From Minisyncoccia bacterium (GTDB lineage Bacteria; Patescibacteriota; Minisyncoccia; Phycocordibacterales; UBA918), in contig JBGSJJ010000010.1 in assembly GCA_041742075.1 (NCBI GenBank), positions 165 to 64,164 of the forward strand: a DNA stretch of 64,000 nucleotides. The letters are read 5' to 3'. The position numbers and the translations under genes were made by a program. Under the pieces are notes generated by a model. That model did not search any database. It saw nothing but the letters and a program-made list of their open reading frames with translations, and was not told the DNA's origin. Positions 48,586 through 57,182 of this stretch are shown piece by piece. Position 1 is the first letter of the stretch. The number at the start of each line of letters is the position of its first letter.

Positions 48586-49257
48586 TTACCAATTGAATGC
48601 TTTTTTCATTGTCCTGTACACATCCTCATGAATCTGACTACGTTCACGCATCTGATTATTTGAAACACACGAAATTTGATACCAATATGATAGCAATTCA
48701 TTAAGATGAGTTGCCGCTGCTTCGTGAGCCGTTTGATACGCCTCATTGACTTCCACAGTATCAAGCTGGGACCGAGAACTATCTGACTCTAGTAATTTTT
48801 TACGAACACTGTATGGTGCATCCAAATAAACAATAATATCTGGCCTTGGAATCGCAAAAACTTCAAACTCTGTTACATCCAGCCAATCAAAAAAGACTTT
48901 ACGCTCATCTTTATCAACAATCTTTGCGCCCTGATGAAGCATATTTGCACTAACATATCGATCGGCAACAACATCAATTCCTGACTCAAGCCAATGTCTA
49001 ATTTGTTTTGAGGATTCAAAACGATCTGCTGCATATATTAATGATGTTATCTTCGGATCAAGTGTAAGAAAATCACCATGTGCACCGTCTAAACATTCTC
49101 GCAAAAGTCGGCCAAAATGATTCTCCTTATATCTTGGAAAATCAATTTTTTCTACCTGACGACCTTCATTGCGTAGCCTGTCCACAAGCAAAGTGGTCTG
49201 AGTGGCCTTTCCTGCACCGTCACTTCCGTCAATGACCAAAAATTTTCCCATTTCCAT
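48586..49257 (-). CDS. tmk: Thymidylate kinase
   Basis: VIDGSDGAGKATQ, FPRY, YAADR, ADRY. Confidence 0.92.
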   Translation of the reverse strand: MEMGKFLVIDGSDGAGKATQTTLLVDRLRNEGRQVEKIDFPRYKENHFGRLLRECLDGAHGDFLTLDPKITSLIYAADRFESSKQIRHWLESGIDVVADRYVSANMLHQGAKIVDKDERKVFFDWLDVTEFEVFAIPRPDIIVYLDAPYSVRKKLLESDSSRSQLDTVEVNEAYQTAHEAAATHLNELLSYWYQISCVSNNQMRERSQIHEDVYRTMKKAFNW

Positions 49258-49433
49258 ACATCTTTCATATCATGAGTTAAGAGCTTCCTAAAGCTTAGTA
49301 AACCACACTTTAAATACTCATCAAGTATATGAAACATCAACAGCACTGAGTCAATATATACAAACAATCGTACCTGTTATCCTATGACAGAATAACAGTC
49401 CTTACGTACCTTACAACCAGAAAGGTTGCTACA

Positions 49434-50807
49434 ATGTCAGCTATGAAAGCTATCCATGAACTAGAACATCACACCGTCAAACTGAGCGGCGGTGGAAAAA
49501 TCGTTATCCTCGATCCAGGCGCAATTCTTACAGCTGAAGCAATTGCCATGCTTCAAGCTTTGCATTCTCGTTCTGTGGGCGGAGTTGATGAACATCTTAA
49601 GGTGCTGGCAGAACGTGGCGCTGAGAAATTTATGTCCACCTACTACGTGGGTTACGGGCACAAATCAATCGGTGACTGTGGTACTGCGGTTGTGTTTATT
49701 GAAGGGATTTCGATGCTTGCCGCAAAGGCAATCCAAGATTCAAAACTCTACAATGGACAGGAAGCCTCAACGCGATATATCGACTTTGCGAATCAACCAT
49801 TCCTGAATCCGCTTGGCACTCAAGCTGGGACAGACGTGCTTGAAACCTGGAGAACGTTTTATCTTAAAGCGGTATCAGAGATGAAATTGGCTCTCCCGTC
49901 ACGATACCCTATAGCCGAAGGGGAAAAAGAATCAACGTATGAAAAAGCTATCGCTGCAAGAGCGTTTGATATTACCCGCGGGTTTCTACCAGCCGGAGCC
50001 AGTACCAACCTCGCGTGGACCAGCACCTTGCGCCAATTTGCTGACAGAGTATCACAGCTCCGTCACCATCCACTTCCGGAAGTACAGGAAATTGCAGACA
50101 AGCTTGAAGATGCACTGATCGCAACATATCCAAACTCTTTCAACAACGAAAAGAAGCGGTATGAAGGAACAGAGGCCTATGTAGAAGCGACAATGGGTCA
50201 CTACTACTATCACGACGTACAGTCGCCAGCCCTTGCTCTAGTTCGTGACGGAGTAGATGCTACAGCTCTTGCTGAATACCGTGTCCTACTTTCAAGTCGA
50301 CCGCCAAAAACTGAACTGCCAAAATGGCTCGGTGCGTACGGGGAAGCGGCGTTTGCGTTCACGCTTGATTTCGGTTCATTTCGGGATATTCAACGTCATC
50401 GTGCAGTCACACAACGAATGCCCCTCCTCACAGCCGATATTGGCTTCAATACGTGGTACTTGTCAGAATTAACTGAGAGTCTAAAGGATGAAGCAATTGC
50501 ACTGATCGAATCGCAGAATAAGGCGACTTTAGCGCTAACAGACAATACTGCGCTTCGGCAATACTATCTACCGATGGGCTATAACATCAGTAACTACCTT
50601 TCTGGAGACCTGCCTGCCCTCGTCTACCTGGTAGAACTTCGCGCGACCAGTCTCGTCCATCCGACGCTCGCAATGCGTGCAGGTGAAATGGCCACACTGT
50701 TACAAGATACGTACGGTGATTTGGGACTTGTGCTTCACATGGACCCGAATCCCGGTCGCTTCAATATCAAACGAGGTGAACAGGATATTGTGAAAAAAGA
50801 AATCTAA
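49434..50807 (+). CDS. thyX: FAD-dependent thymidylate synthase (tandem-domain ThyX)
   Basis: YVGYGHKSI, QEASTRY, AFDITRGFLP, RDIQRHR. Confidence 0.85.
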   Translation: MSAMKAIHELEHHTVKLSGGGKIVILDPGAILTAEAIAMLQALHSRSVGGVDEHLKVLAERGAEKFMSTYYVGYGHKSIGDCGTAVVFIEGISMLAAKAIQDSKLYNGQEASTRYIDFANQPFLNPLGTQAGTDVLETWRTFYLKAVSEMKLALPSRYPIAEGEKESTYEKAIAARAFDITRGFLPAGASTNLAWTSTLRQFADRVSQLRHHPLPEVQEIADKLEDALIATYPNSFNNEKKRYEGTEAYVEATMGHYYYHDVQSPALALVRDGVDATALAEYRVLLSSRPPKTELPKWLGAYGEAAFAFTLDFGSFRDIQRHRAVTQRMPLLTADIGFNTWYLSELTESLKDEAIALIESQNKATLALTDNTALRQYYLPMGYNISNYLSGDLPALVYLVELRATSLVHPTLAMRAGEMATLLQDTYGDLGLVLHMDPNPGRFNIKRGEQDIVKKEI

Positions 50808-50849
50808 GCACTGTGCCGTAGACCACCTTGGTCTACGGCACTTTTTAAT

Positions 50850-51944
50850 TTATCGAAATTGCTTTCCGAGTTTAGGACCAGACTGCTTGAGATAATTTGA
50901 GTCTTTCATATCATAGTGCACATCAGGCACTTCGCTCATACACTCAAAGCGAATCTTGGCAATTGGCTGACCTTTTCGAACCACCAAATCCTCAAATGGT
51001 CTGACTTCAAGAGTAAACGGCCTACCCTTACCCTCGCCATTTTTTCCATACCCCCACCCCGGATCGAGAAAACCAGCGTAGTGTGATCTAAAGTCACCAC
51101 TCCGTTCATCCATAGGAACCATTTCAGAAGCTAGTTCTGGTGGAATACGAACTGACTCTGCTCCCGAAAGAATGTAAAATTTGTCACGCTCTAAACGTAA
51201 CGCACCATCTTGAATGTGAATTGCGGTAAAAAAATCAGAGCCTTCATATCCACCTACATTGGCCACATCTAATACTTGGTCAGGTTTTGCTGTACAAACA
51301 TAACCACACATCCCCGCCTCAACGAGTGCTGTCAGAACTACCGTACCGTCTTGATCGTTCGTTACCAAATCAGTGTATAAGAGTGCCTTCATTCCACCTT
51401 GGTCATACACCAGACCGCTTTTCATGGCTATCTCTAAATCAAGCTCATTGAACCTCGTATCAGCTGTAAATAATCGAAGTTGAGTGAGTGGTGTACCTGG
51501 GTGAAGGAGAATGGCAAAAGATTTTGCATGCATCGCAACCCAAAGCTCACCTTTAAATCCTTTTGGAGTAACTGAATCAAAGCGTGGCACACCGTCAGCT
51601 AGTACCCGAACATGCATGTCGAGCCTGCCAGTTGAAGACTTTGGATTGCAGTAACCATACACATGAGTTGGAAGTGCGAGCGATTCGTTCAGCTTAGCAA
51701 GATACAAAGTGCCTGCCTGTAGCGGTTCATTAAACGATGCTTGCTTCGCTTCCATAAGTGGAAGCAGTTCACGAATGGTCTCACCGACTTTTGGAAGAAT
51801 GAGTCCTCGAATCGTATAGAGTTCATCCGTAAGTGTCAGGTCGAGAGAAGCTGGAGAAATATGCTTGGAATCAGCTCCTAAAATAAAGCCACTTTGCATT
51901 AGCATACGAAGCATCTGTGAAGGTAATGCACCCTGTTTTGACAT
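50850..51944 (-). CDS. dcd: dCTP deaminase (long two-domain form)
   Basis: PASLDL, NPKSSTGRLD, HYAGFLDPGWG, LEVR. Confidence 0.9.
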   Translation of the reverse strand: MSKQGALPSQMLRMLMQSGFILGADSKHISPASLDLTLTDELYTIRGLILPKVGETIRELLPLMEAKQASFNEPLQAGTLYLAKLNESLALPTHVYGYCNPKSSTGRLDMHVRVLADGVPRFDSVTPKGFKGELWVAMHAKSFAILLHPGTPLTQLRLFTADTRFNELDLEIAMKSGLVYDQGGMKALLYTDLVTNDQDGTVVLTALVEAGMCGYVCTAKPDQVLDVANVGGYEGSDFFTAIHIQDGALRLERDKFYILSGAESVRIPPELASEMVPMDERSGDFRSHYAGFLDPGWGYGKNGEGKGRPFTLEVRPFEDLVVRKGQPIAKIRFECMSEVPDVHYDMKDSNYLKQSGPKLGKQFR

Positions 51945-52001
51945 ACCGGGTACTATAACATGTATCACTTTTAAATAAAAAAATGAGGCGACTGTATCGC
52001 C

Positions 52002-52424
52002 TCATTCCCGCAGGAAGTCTTCAAAATTTCGGACCAGTCTAGTATCGAGAACTGGTTTCACCACTCCTTTTAATAAGCTGTACTGAACCCAATTTACTTC
52101 GTATGCAAAACTCTTTCTAAGCAAAGCTGACGGTAGACACTCAGCAACCACGAGTATGACGTCTTCTTTATTATCGTAATGATACGTATGCAGGTAGGTA
52201 ATCGTTGCTTTTGCTACCTCAACCCCGTAACTCGCAAGCAACTCGTTAACCCTTACCGAAACCGTTCTCTGACGAGTGACTGGTTCACGACACAAAACGA
52301 CATTTGAGATTTTGTTTTTCTGCCACACTGGCAGTGGTACAACCCAACTTTTCTTTTCCACAGCGGAAACGATAAGGAGGGCTATTTTGAAGTCCGTACT
52401 ACTTCTCCGAAGAGAGCTGGTCAC
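52002..52424 (-). CDS. Orphan protein, degenerate Nudix-like pattern (1 of 4)
   Basis: AGGAG SD with GTG start; IALLIV...RVNELLASYGVEV...YLHTY...WV. Confidence 0.55.
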   Translation of the reverse strand: MTSSLRRSSTDFKIALLIVSAVEKKSWVVPLPVWQKNKISNVVLCREPVTRQRTVSVRVNELLASYGVEVAKATITYLHTYHYDNKEDVILVVAECLPSALLRKSFAYEVNWVQYSLLKGVVKPVLDTRLVRNFEDFLRE

Positions 52425-52543
52425 GTTGGTCTCCTGTTGGCGCTAAATTCTGACCGACGGCTAGTATAGCATTAATCAATAAATCTGTGTTTGCAAAATA
52501 AAAGACGAAGCGCGAACGCTTCGTCTTGCTGTGGTGGGTCATC

Positions 52544-52984
52544 TCAGAACGCGGTGACCAGGTTGTAGTTGGGGTGTCGCATGCGCGACTTCGGCTCACG
52601 CAATTCGATGTTGCGAAAACGCGGATTCTTGATAAGCATCAGCTCGTCGGCACTTACTCGCACCAGAGCACGGTAGGTTGTGACCCGACCGTCCTGCTTA
52701 GTCTGGTAGAACGTGACCTGCTCCGGGTCGAATATGAAGCCAGGAATCGACTCCAAAACATACTGAAGGGCGCGCTCGCGACCCTTAAACAGAAGAAGCA
52801 TAAGCAGGCACAGCCGTTCAAACAGGAACATGCCCTCAGTGGTGAGGATTCCAGAGTCCTGATTTTTCTCCACGAGAATGCCGGCGGGTTGGTATTCGTG
52901 CTGCGAAGTCTTTGTCCCGAACTGTTTCGGTGCACAGACCACGATAGAAAACCTGACGTGCGGAAGCTTCGGAAAGCTGAACAT
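52544..52984 (-). CDS. Orphan protein, degenerate Nudix-like pattern (2 of 4)
   Basis: FSIVV...GILVEK...ERALQYVLESIPGFIFDPEQV. Confidence 0.5.
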   Translation of the reverse strand: MFSFPKLPHVRFSIVVCAPKQFGTKTSQHEYQPAGILVEKNQDSGILTTEGMFLFERLCLLMLLLFKGRERALQYVLESIPGFIFDPEQVTFYQTKQDGRVTTYRALVRVSADELMLIKNPRFRNIELREPKSRMRHPNYNLVTAF

Positions 52985-53111
52985 GTGGTAGCCTTTCGTA
53001 GATTGTAGATTGGTGGAACTGTCTCTTTTCCTTAAGACGTGTGTAGTCTTTGTTTCTTACAAAAGAATACAGGGCCGTCCGAGGACGGCCCTGTCTGGGC
53101 TTGGGGCGGTT

Positions 53112-53594
53112 TTACACCACCAATTTTGCTTCAACGATCGCGCTGAGAATCTTCCACAGTACAACAGGTTGTGTAGAAAGCTGAACGAACAGGCCGTCAG
53201 CATCCCTCACTAGGATTGCGCGATAGTCCTGTTCATACTCAAGCGGTACCTTAACCACCTCGACATAGACATAGTGGCGCTTACGGGCAGCGAGGCCATA
53301 CTCCCGTTTACCGAGACATATACAAGACGAGACTGCCTCTAGACAAATGAAGGCCTTTTTCCGAAAAGCCTTCCTACAGAGTGATGCTGCATGCGCAAAT
53401 AGTGGATACCACTCATCGCCAGCATTGACCACCCTGTTCGTGAACTTCTCGCTCAGTACCCAATACTGACCAGTACTCCGCTCATACACGATGACACAAA
53501 TCGAATCACCCCGAAACAGGCCAAATAGCCTTGTCGCGGGATTGCTCAACCGAATCGGTTTCAGACCCGGTACAGATACGTCGACACTCGACAT
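53112..53594 (-). CDS. Orphan protein, degenerate Nudix-like pattern (3 of 4)
   Basis: GAGG SD; SICVIVYERSTGQYWVL...CLGKREY...HYVYVEV. Confidence 0.55.
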   Translation of the reverse strand: MSSVDVSVPGLKPIRLSNPATRLFGLFRGDSICVIVYERSTGQYWVLSEKFTNRVVNAGDEWYPLFAHAASLCRKAFRKKAFICLEAVSSCICLGKREYGLAARKRHYVYVEVVKVPLEYEQDYRAILVRDADGLFVQLSTQPVVLWKILSAIVEAKLVV

Positions 53595-53657
53595 GATAGG
53601 TTCCTCTCGCAAGTTTTCTTGAACACCTTTCGGAGTCCACTAGGTTAGGTGGCCGCC

Positions 53658-54131
53658 TTAGGCGACCACTTGGTTACTTCTGTTGCCGATTTCGAGCGCT
53701 TGCTCTGCGGCCATTACTGTCCACTGAATGGACGGCTTGTTGCCGCGCTCCAGCAGTTCGTAGTGGATTATAGTGCGACTAGGGTGAAACGGGAAACGAT
53801 CTACCGCACAATATACAAAGTAGTAGTCTGTACCTCGAAAGATAGTCTGGCCAATTCCAGGCAAGAAGATCTGCCGAACGGATTTTAGATCAGGCCTTCT
53901 GATCAGGCCTTTTTTCTCAAATTCCTCCAGCTTACTTCTTGAAAAACCCAGAATGTTATCGCCATCAAAGATGGTGTTTTCATTCCATGGATTTATAGCG
54001 AATACTTGTCTTGTAGCGATGTCGTATAGCACGAGCACAACGAGACGAGTGTTAACTGTTTGTTCTGGTAGAGCAGGCTCACGTACCTTGATTTTCAGTT
54101 TCAGTTGCCGGCCACGGCTGGTTCCGAACAT
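53658..54131 (-). CDS. Orphan protein, degenerate Nudix-like pattern (4 of 4)
   Basis: AAGGAG SD; LVVLVLYDIATRQVFAI...GIGQTIF...YFVYCAV. Confidence 0.55.
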   Translation of the reverse strand: MFGTSRGRQLKLKIKVREPALPEQTVNTRLVVLVLYDIATRQVFAINPWNENTIFDGDNILGFSRSKLEEFEKKGLIRRPDLKSVRQIFLPGIGQTIFRGTDYYFVYCAVDRFPFHPSRTIIHYELLERGNKPSIQWTVMAAEQALEIGNRSNQVVA

Positions 54132-54284
54132 GGTCTCTCCTTACGTTTGAGGCGTCATTTGACGCAATAAGATGAACTTCCTGCCCCCTATGACGGAGTA
54201 AGACTGGCTTTCTTACAAAGAATTTATAAAGTACGAAAAAACGCCACTTTTGTGGCGTTTTTTCAAGGTCTTAAGGTATGTATA

Positions 54285-54396
54285 CTTATTCCTTCACTGT
54301 TACATCTTACAGATGCTGTACACCTTTTGGATGGATTATCCTTTCAGTCAAATCCATCTCAAAAGGTTGGTAACAGCTTATTCCTTCACTGTTACC
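54285..54396 (-). repeat. Structured insert with duplicated rplK 3' end
   Basis: 19-bp direct repeat cttattccttcactgttac at 54285-54303 and 54377-54395. Confidence 0.85.
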
Positions 54397-54803
54397 CCCA
54401 TACTGCGGGCAGTACCAGCGATAATCTTCATGGCTGCTTCGACTGAAGCGGCATTGAGGTCTGACATCTTCGTTTCAGCAATTTGTCGAAGTTGCTCTTG
54501 GTTAAGTTCACCAATCTTTTGTGCTGGCGCCTTACTTGAACCCTTGTCCTTACCAATTGCCTTCAAGATAAGTCGTGAAGCTGGTGAGGTCTTCAAGATA
54601 AACGTAAACGTACGGTCATCGTAGACAGTAAGTTCTACTGGGACGACTTCGCCCATTCGTTCGCGTGTCTGCTCATTGAACTGATTTACGAACTCGCCGA
54701 TATTTATACCAGCTTGTCCAAGTACCGGACCAAGTGGTGGTGCTGGAGTTGCCTTACCACCTGTAGCCTGTACCTTGATTTTCTTTGTAATTTTCTTTGC
54801 CAT
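54378..54803 (-). CDS. rplK: 50S ribosomal protein uL11
   Basis: [24 protein letters not shown]. Confidence 0.98.
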   Translation of the reverse strand: MAKKITKKIKVQATGGKATPAPPLGPVLGQAGINIGEFVNQFNEQTRERMGEVVPVELTVYDDRTFTFILKTSPASRLILKAIGKDKGSSKAPAQKIGELNQEQLRQIAETKMSDLNAASVEAAMKIIAGTARSMGVTVKE

Positions 54804-54941
54804 GTTGTTTTGATTATATTTTTGTCAGGGCAGGCGGTCCATAGCCACCTTTGTAGTACCCTTTGAAGCCCGCGTATTGTACAAGAAATTAAGGGTTTTG
54901 CAAGATACTCTGTATCATCCTCCCCTTTCGTAAGAAGGCGG

Positions 54942-55043
54942 AAATTTGACGTAGATACAAGGCGTACAAAAGAAATAATTTGAGGCGTACTTTATTGTAC
55001 GATGACGAATAATTTTCCCGATACGCAAGGAGTTCGCCAATTT
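54942..55043 (+). repeat. Structured repeat, degenerate copy 4
   Basis: agatacaaggcg...gaggcgtac-tttatt-gtacgatga; the 3' ACAAAGCAG box has decayed. Confidence 0.5.
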
Positions 55044-55153
55044 ATACTTTTTTGGGCCGGGTGCAAACGCGGTTCCTCCCTCTGGGGTCGGAACCGCTAA
55101 GCATCGGCATAAGAAAATATTAGTCGTAGCTTTGCTACTCTTATATTTTCTTA
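55042..55153 (-). repeat. Structured insert with duplicated nusG 3' end
   Basis: KKI* at 55141-55152 and KKV* at 55042-55053; 11-bp inverted repeat at 55110-55120 / 55143-55153. Confidence 0.65.
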
Positions 55154-55686
55154 ATTTGGAGGAAGTCGAGCTCGACGGGTGTCTCCCGTCCAAACATACT
55201 CACCAGCACCTTCACCTTACCACTACTTTCATCTACCTCCCCTACCTTACCTTCAAGGTCTTTAAATGGACCGTCTACAATCACGACTGAATCGTCAGGA
55301 CTGAGGTCAACCTTATGCTTGACTGTGTCAACTGACATTCGTTTTACGAGAGAGTTATATTCTTCATCTGTAAGTGGCACTGGTTGTGTTCCACTACCAA
55401 CAAAGCCAGTTACCCGAGGCGTGTTTCGTACCACGTACCAAGACTCATCGTTTACCACCATTTCTACCAACACGTAGCCAGGGTAAATACGCTCCTCTTC
55501 GGTAACGCGCTTGCCACCCTTTACGCGAATCTTTTTCTCGGTCGGTACCACCACGTCAAAAATCTGGTTTTGCATACCGAGCGAATCAATGCGCTGACGA
55601 AGGTTACGCGCTACCGCGTTCTCATAGCCAGAGTAGGTGTGAATCGCAAACCAACGTCGTTCGCCGTCTGTTATTTGTTTAGCCAT
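55141..55686 (-). CDS. nusG: Transcription termination/antitermination factor NusG
   Basis: WFAIHTYSGYE, YPGYVLVEM, TPRVTGFVG, FGRETPVEL. Confidence 0.98.
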   Translation of the reverse strand: MAKQITDGERRWFAIHTYSGYENAVARNLRQRIDSLGMQNQIFDVVVPTEKKIRVKGGKRVTEEERIYPGYVLVEMVVNDESWYVVRNTPRVTGFVGSGTQPVPLTDEEYNSLVKRMSVDTVKHKVDLSPDDSVVIVDGPFKDLEGKVGEVDESSGKVKVLVSMFGRETPVELDFLQIKKI

Positions 55687-55712
55687 AGTGTATTGGTGAA
55701 ATTAATGAATAA

Positions 55713-55901
55713 TTAAAGACCGAGTAAAAAACGATCTAGTACTTGTGTAAACAGGTAGTCAAAAGCACCCAAGAAAAGGGCGGCGAAGACAGAGATACCG
55801 ATCACGAGAGCAGTATAGACAAGTGCCTGTGTACGGGTTGGCCATGACACATGCTTCATTTCGGCAGCGGTGTCACTGAAATATTTTCCAAGTCGGGTCA
55901 T
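55713..55901 (-). CDS. secE: Preprotein translocase SecE
   Basis: EMKHVSWPTR plus one TM; upstream of nusG. Confidence 0.93.
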   Translation of the reverse strand: MTRLGKYFSDTAAEMKHVSWPTRTQALVYTALVIGISVFAALFLGAFDYLFTQVLDRFLLGL

Positions 55902-56055
55902 ATATTGAGATAAATATGCGGGTAAAATTAAAACGCCTCGGGGGCGATTTCCATACATTATACGCTTCACTGTAAAAAAGTCAAAGCCCGGGCAAACGCT
56001 GTTTGCCCGGGCACGGTTTCCTCATTTCAGAGCAGACAACTAACTGTTGACTGAC

Positions 56056-56229
56056 TTAGGAATGCAAGCCAACAATCAGCCAGTCCGGTTCGTTTTCTTC
56101 GGGCGAAAGCTCGAATGCCTTAGCATCGAAAACTTCAAGGGCATCCGGAGTGGAGCCCCTTTTCCTGCCGGAGTGCACCACAACCGGTGGGGCAACCGGA
56201 ACGTTTCTTTTTCGCAAACGGGCTGGCAT
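56056..56229 (-). CDS. 57-aa orphan peptide
   Basis: TTGCTT-16-CATAAT promoter, GGAGG SD, MPARLRKRNVPVAPP...WLIVGLHS; downstream hairpin at 55986-56012. Confidence 0.55.
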   Translation of the reverse strand: MPARLRKRNVPVAPPVVVHSGRKRGSTPDALEVFDAKAFELSPEENEPDWLIVGLHS

Positions 56230-56386
56230 TTGAAACCTCCTCGTTTCAAGAGTGAACTCTGTTTAGATTATGACATATTTATAATAAAAAGCAAGTATAC
56301 GTGTTCTGGTTGCCTGAGAATCTTAGGCAGTAGTGACACAAAAGCGCGGCCGAAGGCCGCGTTTTTGTGTCCGTAAACCGTACCTT

Positions 56387-57172
56387 TTACTCGAGTTCAA
56401 ATACAATCGTCACAACACTTCGAATAGTGTTTTCTCCCACCGGAAGCGACGGTGCCATCATCGCGTCTTTCGCGACAGCACTTTCCATCATCGCTCCTCC
56501 GTAGTACGGCATCGGGGTTCCTTCATGCTCATAAAAGTTAATCACCTTGCCGAGTCTCACCTCAAGGTTATTAGCTATCTTTTGTGCCTTAGCTTTAGCA
56601 TCCACAATCGCTTCGGCTTGTGCTTCAGCTTTGAGTGCACTTTCGTCATCAATCGTAAACTCTAGTCCACTTAAGTTTGTAGCGCCCTTACTTCCCACCT
56701 CAGAGATAAGTGTCCCAGCTTTGTCTAGATCGCGAACCTTTACCGAAATAGTCTGACTGACTTCGTATCCATCGAGAATTGGTTCACCTGGGTTACAAAA
56801 CATACCTGGTGCACAGGCGCGGTCTTCATAGCGATAGCGTGGAGCTAGGTTATAGCCTTGGGTTTTGATATCCTTCTCCGCAACACCGGCTTCACCTAGA
56901 TAAGCCAAAATAGCGTTCACTGCTTCAGCCGACTTTGTTTGCGCCTCAGCTGCATCGACTCCATTTGCATTGACTGAGAAAGAAAACTGACCAATATCAG
57001 GCTTGGCAAAAATCTCAGCTTCTCCGGTAATAGAGATGGTCGTTGGACCCATCATCCCCATTTTTGCTTGCTTGAAGGTCAATTGAGCATACGCACCAAG
57101 CGCAATAATGAAGGTGAGGAGTGACAGGGCTATTAAAAACTGTACATACGGTCGATTAAAAAAAGATTGCAT
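56387..57172 (-). CDS. SIMPL/DUF541 (YggE-like) protein
   Basis: TISITGEAEIFAKPD, DIKTQGYNLAPRY, AIVDAKAKA. Confidence 0.9.
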   Translation of the reverse strand: MQSFFNRPYVQFLIALSLLTFIIALGAYAQLTFKQAKMGMMGPTTISITGEAEIFAKPDIGQFSFSVNANGVDAAEAQTKSAEAVNAILAYLGEAGVAEKDIKTQGYNLAPRYRYEDRACAPGMFCNPGEPILDGYEVSQTISVKVRDLDKAGTLISEVGSKGATNLSGLEFTIDDESALKAEAQAEAIVDAKAKAQKIANNLEVRLGKVINFYEHEGTPMPYYGGAMMESAVAKDAMMAPSLPVGENTIRSVVTIVFELE

Positions 57173-57182
57173 ACGATATAAA

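Noticed and set aside
52526-53008. 160-aa plus-strand ORF
   Set aside because: It is antisense to the 146-aa ORF that fits the co-oriented array, and has no clear start signal.
56040-56260. Possible RNase P, SRP or tRNA-Trp upstream of secE
   Set aside because: No GAGGAAAGUCC, SRP loop or cloverleaf found. An SD-led minus-strand ORF explains the region better.
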